IMG/VR virus record: IMGVR_UViG_3300031240_000004
Reading direction: 5' to 3' (one strand)
Source of the DNA: an uncultured virus (IMG/VR IMGVR_UViG_3300031240_000004)
Lineage: Duplodnaviria > Heunggongvirae > Uroviricota > Caudoviricetes
Length of the DNA stretch: 64,000 nucleotides
Shown piece after piece: positions 1 through 10,920 of the stretch. The translations under genes were made by a program, and so were the position numbers. The stretch's first letter is position 1. Each line of letters opens with the position of its first letter. The notes beneath the pieces are model-generated. The model was not told the DNA's origin and searched no databases. It saw only the letters and a list, made by a program, of their open reading frames with translations.

Positions 1-238
1 CGTTAGATTCGTTGTTCCCGCCCAACCCCATCGTCGAACCCCCCGCCGCGCCGCGATCCGCTGAGGTCACGAGCGCGGCGGGGGCGCAGACCCCGGTCGG
101 GATTTACTACATCACGGCCGGAATCTCGACATGGAAGTGGCTTTGCGCAAAGCATGTCGCCGCGCGCGAAGCTGTAGGCTGGTCATGTAAGCGCACCGGC
201 AATGTCGAGCACGAGTGCGATGACTGCGAGGCTGGTCG

Positions 239-433
239 ATGAGAAGCCCGATCCTCAAGCGCGATCTCCGGTGGTGGCGCTGGCAGATCCGCGAGCTCCG
301 TTGGCAGGGATTGAGCCTTCACGAGATCGGTCGGCGCATCGGACGCGACCACTCGACCGTTCAGCATCACCTCAGAGCCGACAAAGGATCGTCAGTTGCA
401 CCGCACCTCGTGGCGCGCGGAGCGGGGCTGTGA
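239..433 (+). CDS. Small helix-turn-helix protein
   Basis: GLSLHEIGRRIGRDHSTVQHHL resembles an HTH motif; ATG overlaps the upstream stop. Confidence 0.55.
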   Translation: MRSPILKRDLRWWRWQIRELRWQGLSLHEIGRRIGRDHSTVQHHLRADKGSSVAPHLVARGAGL

Positions 434-460
434 CGCAATGACCGCACGAAAGGACCACTC

Positions 461-1288
461 ATGAATCCCGAAACGAACGCGCACGTGGAACGACGTCCGG
501 GCCAACGGTGGCGCTCAAGTAGGCCGCTGAACGGAAAGCCTTACGTCATCGAGGGAACGCTGGCCATTCGCCACGACTTCGGTGGCACCCTTGGAATCTG
601 TTGGCATATCGTCAACGCGACGCTGAACGGCGTTCCCAAACCCGACGGCGAGTACGTGTTCTATGGGGGCAACTGGACCGACGCGCGCGGCACCATGACC
701 CTCCTGGCCGACGTCCCTACCGCACCCAAGGTCGAATGCAAGGCGCCTGAGTGGTGCGGGAAGAAATATGGCGCGGCCGGTGTCCCGTATCGCCGTTCGT
801 GCGGGTTCCCGATGTACTTCGCCCACGGCAACGATTTCAATGTAGCCGTGAAAGACGACGAGCAAACGTGGTGCTCGCTGGAATGCAGAGATCGCGTCCC
901 TCCCCTCGAATCGAAGCCGGCCGAGACGGGGAAATGTTGTCGCGTCGTCAACGGAAGCCGTCCCTGTTCGCTAGAGGCAGGGCATCCGGGGAACCTGCAC
1001 ATCAGTTTCAGCAAAGCCCCGACCGTCCCCGAAGCGCCGAAGGCCAGCGGGCCGGTGTGTGTAGGCTATGGCGCCAGCAGCGCTCACGAATGCCGCGGAC
1101 CGACGCTGGCCCGTGTGGTTGGGGCCATCCGAGGGTCGATGTGCGAGGCGTGGATGTTTCGCCTGGAATCCACCGTCACGCGCGCAACGTCATCGTCCGG
1201 CGAGCCCTACGCCGGTCCCGAGCGCTTGGATCGGCCGACGATGGCGCATGTTGCAAACGCCCACGACGACGACTTGGTGACGTGGTGA
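461..1288 (+). CDS. Hypothetical Cys-rich phage protein
   Basis: 275-aa ORF with AAGGA Shine-Dalgarno-like site upstream; several Cys clusters; no family recognised. Confidence 0.5.
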   Translation: MNPETNAHVERRPGQRWRSSRPLNGKPYVIEGTLAIRHDFGGTLGICWHIVNATLNGVPKPDGEYVFYGGNWTDARGTMTLLADVPTAPKVECKAPEWCGKKYGAAGVPYRRSCGFPMYFAHGNDFNVAVKDDEQTWCSLECRDRVPPLESKPAETGKCCRVVNGSRPCSLEAGHPGNLHISFSKAPTVPEAPKASGPVCVGYGASSAHECRGPTLARVVGAIRGSMCEAWMFRLESTVTRATSSSGEPYAGPERLDRPTMAHVANAHDDDLVTW

Positions 1289-1980
1289 GTCTGAAATTGG
1301 GATGCTTCGACTACCGCGGCTCGGACATTCCGATCTGGATGTTCGACGGTGCTCTCGCTGGCGGCATCGCGTCGTCCTGGGTCGCAATTCTCCCCGGTGG
1401 TGGCCGTTGGTGCCAGCCGAGAGCGTCCAACGACCCCGAGCACTATCGCCGTTGTTTCGCCGCTGGATGGCGGTCGTGGAATGGGGGTGCGAAGTGAGAC
1501 GCGGCATGAACTGCGTCCATGGTCGAGAGCAAGGTATCGGGTGCCCTCACTGCGGCCTACCAGCCCCGCAAGCCGCGCCCCAATCGGAGGCTGACATTTG
1601 CGCGCGGCCGAAGTGCCTGTCGCCGCGGCACTACAACATCCATGACCCCGAGCGAGGTGGGCACGTATTCGTTGAACCGGGGACAGGAGCCGCGCCCCAA
1701 TGGGAGGGCGATGAGCAACGGCCGTTGATAGATACGGCATTTTCTCGGCTAATCGATGGTCTGTCGCCGGGTGCACGTTCGTTCATAGGGGAAGGCATGC
1801 TGAAGATTGCCGCCGATATGTTCAGAACGGGGTTCTCCGCTGGTGTCGAGAAGGGTATCCGAGAGCAGCGGTGGCGGGATGAGAGGATTGCGCGCAGGGT
1901 GGCCGATAAAGATGACATTGAAGACACAGCGGCAGACTGGGCCAAGAAAATCGCCGACGCCATCGCAAAGGAGGATGACC

Positions 1981-2706
1981 GTGGCTAGCAACGAGAGCAT
2001 CGACAAATTGACCGCACACTTTGCCACCGCCGTGGCCGATGATCAGATGTCGACCGGGACGGCGATCTATTGCGCGCTCTGGAAGCTCGACGCCAAGCAT
2101 ACCGCCGAACTCGACCAACTCCGCGCGCAAGTCGACGACGCTCAGGCAAGGTCAGCGGCGTACGATCGAGACCGCCAAGACTTCAGCGCCAAGTGCGACC
2201 AGCTCCGCGCCGAAGCGGACGAATCGCGGAGACAGCACGCGGCCATCGCACAAATGAACGATGCCTTGCGCATTGCAAACGCCGCCATGACGAAACAGCT
2301 GGAAGAGGCGAAGCGGCTATTGCGTCAATACGCAGCGCACGAACCACAGGTGTTTCGCTTCCTCGGCCTCGCCCCGTCCTCAAGCCCGACAACGGAGGCG
2401 GTGCTGGGCGCCATCGCATCTTCGCCGGTCGTCCTGTGCGCTCATTGCAGCGGGCCAACCCGGTTCATCGGCAAAGGGCTATATGAGTGCGCGATGCTTC
2501 CTCAGTGCACGGAAAGAACTCGAACGCTGACGGGCGAGGCCGCCGCAACGGAGGCTCAAATGGTTGCAGCCGCCGAGCGGCGGGGCGGGGAGCGGGCGCT
2601 TGTCGACCTGATCGAGGCCATGAAGGAAGTGGCGCGCACTGCGCACGATTACGAATGGACGGGCAGGATCGAAGCGTGGAGCCGCGCGCGAGGTACGGGG
2701 CGGTGA
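1981..2706 (+). CDS. Hypothetical coiled-coil protein with CxxC motif
   Basis: GAGGA upstream of GTG 1981; heptad-like central region and CAHC motif. Confidence 0.45.
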   Translation: MASNESIDKLTAHFATAVADDQMSTGTAIYCALWKLDAKHTAELDQLRAQVDDAQARSAAYDRDRQDFSAKCDQLRAEADESRRQHAAIAQMNDALRIANAAMTKQLEEAKRLLRQYAAHEPQVFRFLGLAPSSSPTTEAVLGAIASSPVVLCAHCSGPTRFIGKGLYECAMLPQCTERTRTLTGEAAATEAQMVAAAERRGGERALVDLIEAMKEVARTAHDYEWTGRIEAWSRARGTGR

Positions 2707-3003
2707 GCGGCGGCGTGTGCGGCGCATGCCGAAAGGCCGATGCCGATCACGTTGATGCGGCCTGCGACGCGCGCCAGTTCGTGCCGATGACTCCACTTAC
2801 CGCTCGCGAGCGCGCAACCAAGGCCGCCGAGCACGTGCGCGACCTTCGCCGCTTGCTCGGCCAGGCGATGGCCGACGAGGCGAGGGCCAAGGAGCTCGCC
2901 CGCGAAGCCGAGAGGGCGGCCACGTGACGCGCGCCTGCCTCAACTGCCGCCGCATGGTCCTTCGCGCCCGTGCGCGGTTCTGCTCGGGGGCTTGCCGGCG
3001 GGA

Positions 3004-3420
3004 ATGGAGGGGCGCGTGCGGTTGATCATTGTGGGACCGCCATCGACGAAGAAAACGTCGCAACGAATCATCTTCAACAAGAAGACCGGCAAGATGATGG
3101 TGATCGGGTCGTCGAAGTCGCGAAGCTGGGAGACGGACGCCGTCGATCAGCTGTGCCGACAGTGGCGCGGCTTGCCGATGGTCGAGCCCGTAAGCGTGCG
3201 TGCTCTGATCTACCGCGATCGAAACGCTGGCGACCTGACCGGATTCATCCAGGCGATCGGCGACGCGCTTCAGGGCGGTGGAAGTCGGAAGCGAAGCAAG
3301 CGCGTGCCGTGCGTGCTCGACGACGATTCGCAGATCATCAGTTGGGACGGCTCTCGAAAATTGATCGACAGGGAGAATCCCCGCGTCGAGTTGACGATTG
3401 AACCGATGGGGCCGTTGTGA
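3004..3420 (+). CDS. rusA: RusA-family Holliday junction resolvase
   Basis: N-terminal GPPSTK, acidic motifs GDLTGFIQAIGDAL and DDDSQI, C-terminal NPRVELTIEP. Confidence 0.75.
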   Translation: MEGRVRLIIVGPPSTKKTSQRIIFNKKTGKMMVIGSSKSRSWETDAVDQLCRQWRGLPMVEPVSVRALIYRDRNAGDLTGFIQAIGDALQGGGSRKRSKRVPCVLDDDSQIISWDGSRKLIDRENPRVELTIEPMGPL

Positions 3421-3623
3421 GCCGCTGCACCGGCATCTGCAAGAACGGCCATTCGCTCGCCGGCCGCAACGTGTGGGTCGGGATGCGGACGAAGTGGAAC
3501 AAGCGGCTGCAACGGCGCGTCTCATATCCGAAGCGGGTTTGCCGCCTTTGTCGCCGCCGAGCAAATGTGGACACCCGATCTCTCTGGCTCTCGGGAATCG
3601 ACGCGGGTATTTCTGGGTCGTGA
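3417..3623 (+). CDS. Small Zn-binding protein resembling the C-terminal domain of phage HNH proteins
   Basis: CKNGHSLAGRNV...RVCRLC closely parallels CKNGHSMAGENV...RWCRPC in the HNH at 61324. Confidence 0.5.
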   Translation: MSRCTGICKNGHSLAGRNVWVGMRTKWNKRLQRRVSYPKRVCRLCRRRANVDTRSLWLSGIDAGISGS

Positions 3624-4126
3624 GCTACTTCGGGTTGAGCGAGAAAGAACTTGAGTTCCTCGGCGCGCACGTCAAGTCGAGCGACACGGCATGGGAATGG
3701 GGCAGCGGCATAACGACCGCGTTCCTGGCGCAGCGGTGCCGGCGCGTGACGACGGTCGAGCACATCCCGTCGTTCGCGGCGCAGGCGATTCTGTGGGCGC
3801 ACAACACGGGGCAGCGGAATGTCCAGGTCATCTCGGCGCCGCCGGACCTGCCGTATGTCGAGGGAGGCGACGACGACGGGGACCTGCCGACGTTTCGGAG
3901 CTATGTCGAGAGCTTCGTCGGCAAGGGCGTCGATGTCGTGCTCGTCGACGGGAGGGCTCGAATCGAGTGCGTGCGCTATCTGCTTGAGCGCGCGCCGTTC
4001 GGGCCCGACCCGGCCGTGCGGGTGTTCGTGCACGACATCGACCGCCCCGGCTTGGCGCCGATCCTCGAGATGATGTACGAGGTCGAGCGCGTCGAGCGGC
4101 TTGCGTTGCTTCGGGTGCGACTGTGA
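3620..4126 (+). CDS. Class I SAM-dependent methyltransferase-like protein
   Basis: Motif I AWEWGSGITT, VTTVEH, DVVLVDGRAR, VFVHD; GTG overlaps the upstream TGA. Confidence 0.75.
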   Translation: MSYFGLSEKELEFLGAHVKSSDTAWEWGSGITTAFLAQRCRRVTTVEHIPSFAAQAILWAHNTGQRNVQVISAPPDLPYVEGGDDDGDLPTFRSYVESFVGKGVDVVLVDGRARIECVRYLLERAPFGPDPAVRVFVHDIDRPGLAPILEMMYEVERVERLALLRVRL

Positions 4127-4534
4127 GCCGCGACGTGCTGCCCGCGAACATGACGCCGGTCCTGGTCTGCGATGGTGCGGAGCGGTGTCACTGGCAGCCG
4201 CACACGTTCGTGCGGACGCAGCCGGTCGGCAACGGCGGCGGTCGGCAGGTGTTCGCGTGCGGCAAGTGCGGGCACGAGAAGTTCTTCGGCGTGATCGATC
4301 TGCGGCTGTGCGGGATGAGGGAGGGGCTGCAGTGAGCGGCTATCCGGTGGTGACGGGTAAGCCCAGCACTCGCGGACACAGTGGCCGAAAGCCGGGACGG
4401 CCGAGTAAGAACGGGTTCTTCTGGGCGCTCCAGTACGTCCAGATGCGCGACCCGCGCGCGTTCAAGAAGATGACGCCCGACGAGCGGCGCAAGGCGCGGA
4501 ACAAGCGCAAGGCAGCGAGACAGGCTGCGCGGCG

Positions 4535-5386
4535 ATGAGGTGGCTGGTCGCGGACTCGCTCTACTGCGCGGAGCAGTTCCCGTTCAGCCACCTCGATTCG
4601 TACTCGTACTATTTGCACGAGGCCGGCGAGTTCGTTCGCTACACGTGCTTGAACCTTCCTCTCGGTTCGAACCGGGGCGAGGTCGCGTATTCATCCTGGG
4701 ATCGTCTCTTCATGCTCGATCGATATGCGAGCGCAATGGCGATTCAAGCCGAGAAGCGGATCGCTCAGGTCGCCGCCGTCTGCTCGCCGATGCCATGGGA
4801 GGTGCGCAAGCCGGACGGGGCGCCGGCGTTCGACCTTGTGATCTCGTCGATTCCCTGGATGGTTGAGGCGGCGCGCGCCGCGGGGTGCCGCGCTGAGTAC
4901 CAGGCACTCGCGTTTGATCTGCGATGTCGCGCTGCTGTCATGGGCGTCAAGCGAGAGAAGAAGGCGATCTTCGTAGGCACGCGTTCGCCGGCGCATCCTG
5001 GTCGCGAGCGCGCGTTGACCGAGCTCGCAGACATCATCGAGATCGTGCCGCCCGTCTACGGCCGTGAGTTTTTTAGAACGCTCGCCAGCGCGACCGTGCT
5101 CGTGCAGCCACACCTAGAATGGGCGCGTGGGTGCGCGAATTCGATGAAGCTTTACGAGTCTGTCGGCCTCGGGACCGCAGTCATCTACGACGGCAAGATG
5201 GTCAACGAGCCGCGCTTTGGGTGGGGAGACGAAGCGCGCACCCCGCGAACGATGCGCGACAATGTCGCGAGCGCTCTGCGTGCAGACGATGCCCGCGAGT
5301 GCGACGAGAGGATTGTGCTCGCGCATCACACGTACGAGTGCGCGGACCGCGTGCCGCGGCTGATCGAGTGGAGTCGATCGCTGTGA
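4535..5386 (+). CDS. Glycosyltransferase, GT-B/CgeB-like
   Basis: AIFVGT...R, NSMKLYESVGLG and C-terminal AHHTYECADR motifs typical of CgeB-like GTs. Confidence 0.65.
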   Translation: MRWLVADSLYCAEQFPFSHLDSYSYYLHEAGEFVRYTCLNLPLGSNRGEVAYSSWDRLFMLDRYASAMAIQAEKRIAQVAAVCSPMPWEVRKPDGAPAFDLVISSIPWMVEAARAAGCRAEYQALAFDLRCRAAVMGVKREKKAIFVGTRSPAHPGRERALTELADIIEIVPPVYGREFFRTLASATVLVQPHLEWARGCANSMKLYESVGLGTAVIYDGKMVNEPRFGWGDEARTPRTMRDNVASALRADDARECDERIVLAHHTYECADRVPRLIEWSRSL

Positions 5387-5618
5387 GCGCGCCCGCCTGC
5401 GAGAACTGCCTCCATTCGCTGACCTGGTTCGGCCAGAAGTGCAGCGCGCACCGAGAGCGCTGCACTTGCGGAGGCGTGCGGCGCATCCAACAGATGAATC
5501 CGATCGTGTGGGTCTGCGAGAACGGCTGCGACGAGAAGCAGCCACCGAGGTGCCTCACCCCGTGGATCTGCAATTGGGGGCACGCGGCCGACTGTCCTGC
5601 GAAGGGAGCCCGGTAGCT

Positions 5619-6290
5619 ATGTTCTTCGACGATCTGATCCTCGTGAAGACGCTCGCGCACAAGTACGAGGCGCGCGGGCCCTTCGTTGAGTGCGGTGGCA
5701 TCCCGGACCCGACGATCGCGGACTACTCGCGCACGATCGAGGCGATGGCGAAGCTCAAGACCGATTCATGGGGAGATGTTCCGCCAGAGTCCATTCGACC
5801 CGAAGCAATCCGTGACGCCCAGATGTGCCGTTACATCCACATCCATCGGCCGCTGTCGTTTCTCGACGAGAACTACGTGTGCGAAGACCCGGCTACGGGA
5901 GGCTTACCGATCGAACAGCTCGCCGCCAAGTACGACCCCGATGACGGGACAGGAATCGGCACCGCGATCCTACTGTCGGTGCTTGAGCATGTGGCCGACC
6001 CATTCGAGGCGATCGATCGGCTGCGGGATGCGATGCAGGTCGGTGGGCTGGCGATCGTGTCGACTCCTTGGGCGTTTCCCACGCACTACGGCCCCGAGGA
6101 CAACTGGCGCATCTCCGAGTCGGGGCTGCGACACATCTTCAGTCCGCCGGCGGGAACGGGTGAGCCAGCGCGTTGGCAGATCCTGGAGAGCGGCCCTCGG
6201 CTGAACATTCCGGCTGAGGCGGGGATTCTTGACGGCGATGGGCGCGCTCAGATCGTACAGAGCGCGTTCATTTGCGCGAGGGCCGTCTAG
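5619..6290 (+). CDS. SAM-dependent methyltransferase-like protein
   Basis: LSVLEHVADP...GGLAIVSTPWAFPTHYGPEDNWR motif typical of methyltransferases in sugar clusters. Confidence 0.7.
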   Translation: MFFDDLILVKTLAHKYEARGPFVECGGIPDPTIADYSRTIEAMAKLKTDSWGDVPPESIRPEAIRDAQMCRYIHIHRPLSFLDENYVCEDPATGGLPIEQLAAKYDPDDGTGIGTAILLSVLEHVADPFEAIDRLRDAMQVGGLAIVSTPWAFPTHYGPEDNWRISESGLRHIFSPPAGTGEPARWQILESGPRLNIPAEAGILDGDGRAQIVQSAFICARAV

Positions 6291-6291
6291 C

Positions 6292-6828
6292 GTGCCGAGG
6301 AACCCTCTAAATCACGTCATCGGTAGACCACCGACTTCGATCGCGCAGCGCTTTTGGCCGAAGGTCGACAAAGAGAACGGCTACATACATCCCGTTCATG
6401 GCCGGTGTTGGGAATGGACGGCCAAGCTCGGCCCCGGCGGCTATGGCGTAATAAAGATCCCGGTCCCTGGCGCACCTGGTGGCCATTGCAATCGAGGCGC
6501 GCACAAGATCTCCTGGGTCTTGGCCAACGGCGCGGTGCCCGATGGACTATTCGTCCTGCACAAGTGCGACAACCGGAAGTGCGTGCGGCTGGAGCATCTG
6601 TTCCTTGGGACAACGCAAGAGAACGCGCTCGACGCCAAGTCCAAGGGGCGCTTAGCCAGGCTGAAGGGCGAATCAAATGGGATGGCCAGCCTGACCGAGG
6701 CGAAGGCTTACGAGATCAAGCGGCGCGCTCTCGCGGGCGAATCGCCCACGGCCCTCGGCCGTGAATTCGACATAGTTCCGTCTGCCGTGTGCAACATCAA
6801 GAAGGGGAGACGATGGGCTCACCTGTGA
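6292..6828 (+). CDS. HNH homing endonuclease
   Basis: RFWPKVDK..CWEW..GYG..AHKISW..VLHKCDNRKCVRLEHLFLGT..N. Confidence 0.9.
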   Translation: MPRNPLNHVIGRPPTSIAQRFWPKVDKENGYIHPVHGRCWEWTAKLGPGGYGVIKIPVPGAPGGHCNRGAHKISWVLANGAVPDGLFVLHKCDNRKCVRLEHLFLGTTQENALDAKSKGRLARLKGESNGMASLTEAKAYEIKRRALAGESPTALGREFDIVPSAVCNIKKGRRWAHL

Positions 6829-7892
6829 TCATTCCGTTCGCGGATCTGAGCCGCGAGCATGCCGCCCTTCGCGACGAACTCCACGCCGCCGCCGCGCGCG
6901 TGCTCGACTCGGGTCGCTCGCTCTACGGCCCCGAGCTCGAAGCGTTCGAGCGGGAGATCGCCGACTGGCACGGTGTCAAGTACGCCGTCGGGGTCGCATC
7001 GGGCACAGACGCGGTCGAGATAGCTCTCCGCGCGACGTCGGCGAGCGATCCGTCGACGGGCGTTGTCGACAGTGCCGACGTTACCGCAATGACCGCGCCG
7101 GCCACGATCAATGCGATGGAGGCGTCCGGCACGATCCCGATCCTGAAGGACATCGACCCAGTCACGCGCAACGCGCGCAACTGCGATCTGCAGGTCCACC
7201 TCTATGGGCTCGCCGAGGACGCCACGCGCGCCGATGTCGAGGACGTGGCGCACGCGATGGGCGCGACGTGGAACGGGCAGCTCGCGGGGACGATGGGCCG
7301 GTGCGGGGCCTTGTCGGCATACCCTTCCAAAATATTGGGCGCGGCCGGCGACGGCGGCGTGATTATCACGAACGATGCCGAGATCGCCGAGGCGTGCCGG
7401 TTGATTCGGCATTATGGCCTGACAGAAACACGCGATATCCAACGTCGTGGTCAGAACAGCCGGCTGTCTGAGATGCAGGCGGCGATCTTGCGGGTGAAGC
7501 TGCCGCACGTGAATGAGTGGATCGAGCGGCGGCAGGCGATCGCGAGACAGTATGACGAGGAACTGTTCGGGCACGTCACCATTCCGGCCACGCTCGCGAG
7601 CGAGGGGCGCGAAGATTACGCGCACGACGTCGAGCACGTCTACCACGTTTACGTTATCGAGTCCCCCGAGCGCGATCGCATTGCCGCGCACCTCCGCGAG
7701 CGCGGTATCTCGACAATGGTCCACTATGGCCGCGCGATCCACCAGTACACGCGCTGGGCGCATCTCGGCGAGCCGGGGCAGTTCCCGAACGCTGAGCGGC
7801 TGGCGGCGGAGTGCCTGTCGTTGCCGCTGTATCCGTTTCTTCGAGACGACGAAGTGGACGCCGTCATCGCGGCGGTCAAGGAGGCGACGTGA
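6813..7892 (+). CDS. DegT/DnrJ/EryC1/StrS-family PLP-dependent sugar aminotransferase
   Basis: IPFADL, VASGTDA, VHLYG, EDVAHA, PLP-lysine motif SAYPSKILGAAGDGG, NSRLSEMQAA, LSLPLYP. Confidence 0.92.
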   Translation: MGSPVIIPFADLSREHAALRDELHAAAARVLDSGRSLYGPELEAFEREIADWHGVKYAVGVASGTDAVEIALRATSASDPSTGVVDSADVTAMTAPATINAMEASGTIPILKDIDPVTRNARNCDLQVHLYGLAEDATRADVEDVAHAMGATWNGQLAGTMGRCGALSAYPSKILGAAGDGGVIITNDAEIAEACRLIRHYGLTETRDIQRRGQNSRLSEMQAAILRVKLPHVNEWIERRQAIARQYDEELFGHVTIPATLASEGREDYAHDVEHVYHVYVIESPERDRIAAHLRERGISTMVHYGRAIHQYTRWAHLGEPGQFPNAERLAAECLSLPLYPFLRDDEVDAVIAAVKEAT

Positions 7893-8214
7893 AGAAGCTG
7901 GGCGATGCTCGCGTCGTCATTGGCGACAGGATCGGAATCAACGACACGACCATCACGACGACCGCAGACGAGATCGCCTACGCCATTTACCAGGCATCTC
8001 CGCGCGTTGCCCGGTACGTACTGACGAAGCTAATGCGGGATCTGGCGTGGTGCCATCTAAGTCCAGTGTGGCGCGAAATGGTTGGCATACACCGCGAGTG
8101 CCATGCGGTCGACGATGGTCCGGAGTCCTGTAAGTGCCGAAAGGGCGAGATCGAGATGTACGGGAGAAAACTGGCCGACAAGCTGCGTGGGCATCGCGCG
8201 AATAAGGATGCAAC

Positions 8215-8997
8215 GTGATATTCGTGACGGCAGCCTATGGCGCGAAGTATCGCGGCTGGGCGCGCGCGATGGTCAGCACGTTCTATCGCTACAATCCGTC
8301 TGCATCGCTAAGTGTCTTCGCCGACGGGCCAGTGGAAGGCGCGATCGATGTCCGCGTGAATGCGATCGATCTGAAGGGCACAGTGCAGAACGATGGAAGC
8401 TTTGAGATGTGCCTAAAGGTATCGGCGGTCGCGGCGATGGCCAAGGAATACGGCGATGACATATGCTGGATTGATTGTGACCAGTTAGTTTTGGCCGATC
8501 TGTCGACGATTCTCATCCCGGGTCAGTTCAACGTGATTGGCTACGGTGCACCCGGCGAGCGCCGCAACTGCGGCGACGGCATCAGTGTGGCGCAAGAGGA
8601 TTACATCTTGAGTGGCTTCTTCTCGATGCCTCCCTACGTCGCTGGTCTCTACCGAGGGCGTGCTCAGAATGCAGTAATGGGCGGCGAGCACCCCAAGCTG
8701 CGAGAGCAAGAGTTCGTGAATCGGCTTGTCGTCGAGCACGGCGCGCACCGACTGGACAAGTCCAATCCGGATATGATTCTGAATTTCGCCTGGGGCGGTC
8801 ACCCAACGACGAGCGACGAAAAGTTCCTGTCCCTCGAAGCGCGCCCTGACGGCACGTGGTGGATGATGGGGCGTCAGGTCGGGATGCTCTGCTTCATTGC
8901 GCACTGGCTCGACATTCACGTGACCCAGAAGTTCGCGGCGTTCACGCATGAGCGAACGCGATCTGAATTGCGGGCGCTGTACGGAGTGGCGCAATGA
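8215..8997 (+). CDS. Putative GT-A glycosyltransferase
   Basis: MIFVTAA N-terminus, DxD motif ICWIDCDQLV, later REQEFVN motif. Confidence 0.6.
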   Translation: MIFVTAAYGAKYRGWARAMVSTFYRYNPSASLSVFADGPVEGAIDVRVNAIDLKGTVQNDGSFEMCLKVSAVAAMAKEYGDDICWIDCDQLVLADLSTILIPGQFNVIGYGAPGERRNCGDGISVAQEDYILSGFFSMPPYVAGLYRGRAQNAVMGGEHPKLREQEFVNRLVVEHGAHRLDKSNPDMILNFAWGGHPTTSDEKFLSLEARPDGTWWMMGRQVGMLCFIAHWLDIHVTQKFAAFTHERTRSELRALYGVAQ

Positions 8998-10472
8998 GCA
9001 ACCCCTGGAAAGATCCATCCGTCGCCCAGCAGCAACGCGCCCTCGTCGACCACCAACTCGCCGAGAAGCCGTGGCCGCCGCACTTCACCGCGCTGGCCGA
9101 AGCGGTGCGCGCCACGCAGTGCCCCGGTGAAATCCTGGAGGTCGGCTGCGCGAGCGGATACGGGCGCGAGATCCTGGATCGGGCCGGCATCGAGTACCGG
9201 CGATTCGACGGCATTGACATCAGTCCGGAGGCGATCCGAATCGCGAACGAACGCTATCCCGAGTCGCAGTGGATCGCGGGCGAGTTCGGCGCGGCGACCG
9301 TCATGGAGAAGCCGGTCGCTGATGTGGTCGTCGACGGCTGCGCGCTCATGCACGTCGACGATTGGCGCGCGCACATCACGGCGCTCTGCAAGGCGTCGCG
9401 ACGGTGGGTTGTGCTTCATAGAGTTCCCTGCGGCGACGACGAGACACAACGGATCCATACGCAGGGCTACGGCCAGACGTTCCCCGCCTGGTTCTTTGAT
9501 CGCGAAGACATCGCCGCAACCATGCAGGCCAGCGGGTTCCAACTGGTGTCGTCGATCGCGGCGGATGGCGAATCCCGGACGCTGACCTTCGCCAAGTCCA
9601 GGCACTTTTGCAGCTACGCAGACGGCGCGTACCTGGGCCGCCTCAAGGCGCTCCACGCCTCGATGGTGCGACACTGCGGGCCGTTCGAGCTGCATGTGCT
9701 GGCGTGGAAGAGCGACGATGAATCAACGGCAGTGGCGACTTGGTGCGACGAGAACGGAATCGACTGCGTCACGGGCCGAGACTTTTTGGACGCGCATCCC
9801 GAATTGGAACTCGATAAGCTTCCCGGTCCACGGCGCAGCTACGTCGAGCACATGTACACGTGTGGCCCGCGTTTCGTTGCGGACGTGATGGATCGGACGG
9901 GGGAGCCGTGCGCCTATGCGGACGCTGATTTGTACGCATTCAGCAGCCCGGAGCCGTTCTTTGCCGAGGCCGGCGGCGCGCCAGCAGCATTCGTCGGCCA
10001 CAACTTCGCTCCTGCATCGCGCGGCACGCCGGGACCGACTGTCGAGTCGCACGCCGGACCGTTCGGAGCGCTGAATGTCGGACTCATGGTGTTCAACGAT
10101 CAGCGCGTAGCCGAACGCTGGTCTGACTTGGTACGCGGGTGGTGTTTCTCCCGCTGCGAACTAGTCGGCGATCGCTGGCAATATGCAGACCAAAAGTTTC
10201 TTGAGCAGCTCTGCGACGAGTTCCCGGCCTGCGTTGTCATCAAAAACGAGGCCGCGATGGTTGGCCCATGGAACGTGAACGCCAGAAGCCTGGATCTGAG
10301 AGACGGCGTCCCATATTTCGGAAACCGGCCGATTGGGTTCTACCATTTTAGCGCCCTGCAAATGGGCCAGCACGGACAATGGTCACCGACCAGACCAGAA
10401 TACCGAATCTCGGAGCGCGTGGTCAGCATCTTATATTCTGGTTATGTGAGGGAGATCGATGGCCCATTTTAA
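8994..10472 (+). CDS. Methyltransferase-glycosyltransferase fusion protein
   Basis: N-terminal ILEVGCASGYG/FDGIDISPEAI (SAM binding); C-terminal YADADLY (DxD), NVGLMVF, YADQKFLE, GPWN, FYHFS. Confidence 0.8.
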   Translation: MSNPWKDPSVAQQQRALVDHQLAEKPWPPHFTALAEAVRATQCPGEILEVGCASGYGREILDRAGIEYRRFDGIDISPEAIRIANERYPESQWIAGEFGAATVMEKPVADVVVDGCALMHVDDWRAHITALCKASRRWVVLHRVPCGDDETQRIHTQGYGQTFPAWFFDREDIAATMQASGFQLVSSIAADGESRTLTFAKSRHFCSYADGAYLGRLKALHASMVRHCGPFELHVLAWKSDDESTAVATWCDENGIDCVTGRDFLDAHPELELDKLPGPRRSYVEHMYTCGPRFVADVMDRTGEPCAYADADLYAFSSPEPFFAEAGGAPAAFVGHNFAPASRGTPGPTVESHAGPFGALNVGLMVFNDQRVAERWSDLVRGWCFSRCELVGDRWQYADQKFLEQLCDEFPACVVIKNEAAMVGPWNVNARSLDLRDGVPYFGNRPIGFYHFSALQMGQHGQWSPTRPEYRISERVVSILYSGYVREIDGPF

Positions 10473-10920
10473 TCAGACGCACGGCCATTCTGTTGGGTAC
10501 AAGCCAACGAAGGAATATCGATCATGGCAGGCGATGCGATATCGATGCCACGTGCCGACGAACGATCGGTACCGATTCTATGGCGCACGTGGAATCGTCG
10601 TCTGTCAGCAATGGCGCGAAAGCTTCGAGGCGTTTCTGTCCGACATGGGGCCGAAGCCATCGCCGAAGCATTCGATTGAGCGCATCGGCAATTCCCAGGC
10701 TCATAGCCCTTGGTATTGTCGATGGGCCACGCAATTGGAGCAGGCCCAAAATACAAGAGCGACGGCTCTTCTGTCGTGCGATGGGCAGACATTGTCGCTG
10801 TCAGAGTGGCAACGCAGGACCGGTACGCCGAGCACAACGATATCGAAACGTCTCAAGTCAGGATGGAGCGTCGAGGATGCGATCTATAGACCGTCCAGAC
10901 TGAGAAAGGAGAAACGATGA
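10459..10920 (+). pseudogene. HNH-type endonuclease with internal 32-bp inversion across the nuclease motif (frame still open)
   Basis: YRSWQAMRYRC..YGARGIVVCQQW..F..FLSDMG.KP...HSIERI then CRWAT; the expected IDNTKGYEPGNCR is encoded on the opposite strand at this spot. Confidence 0.8.
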
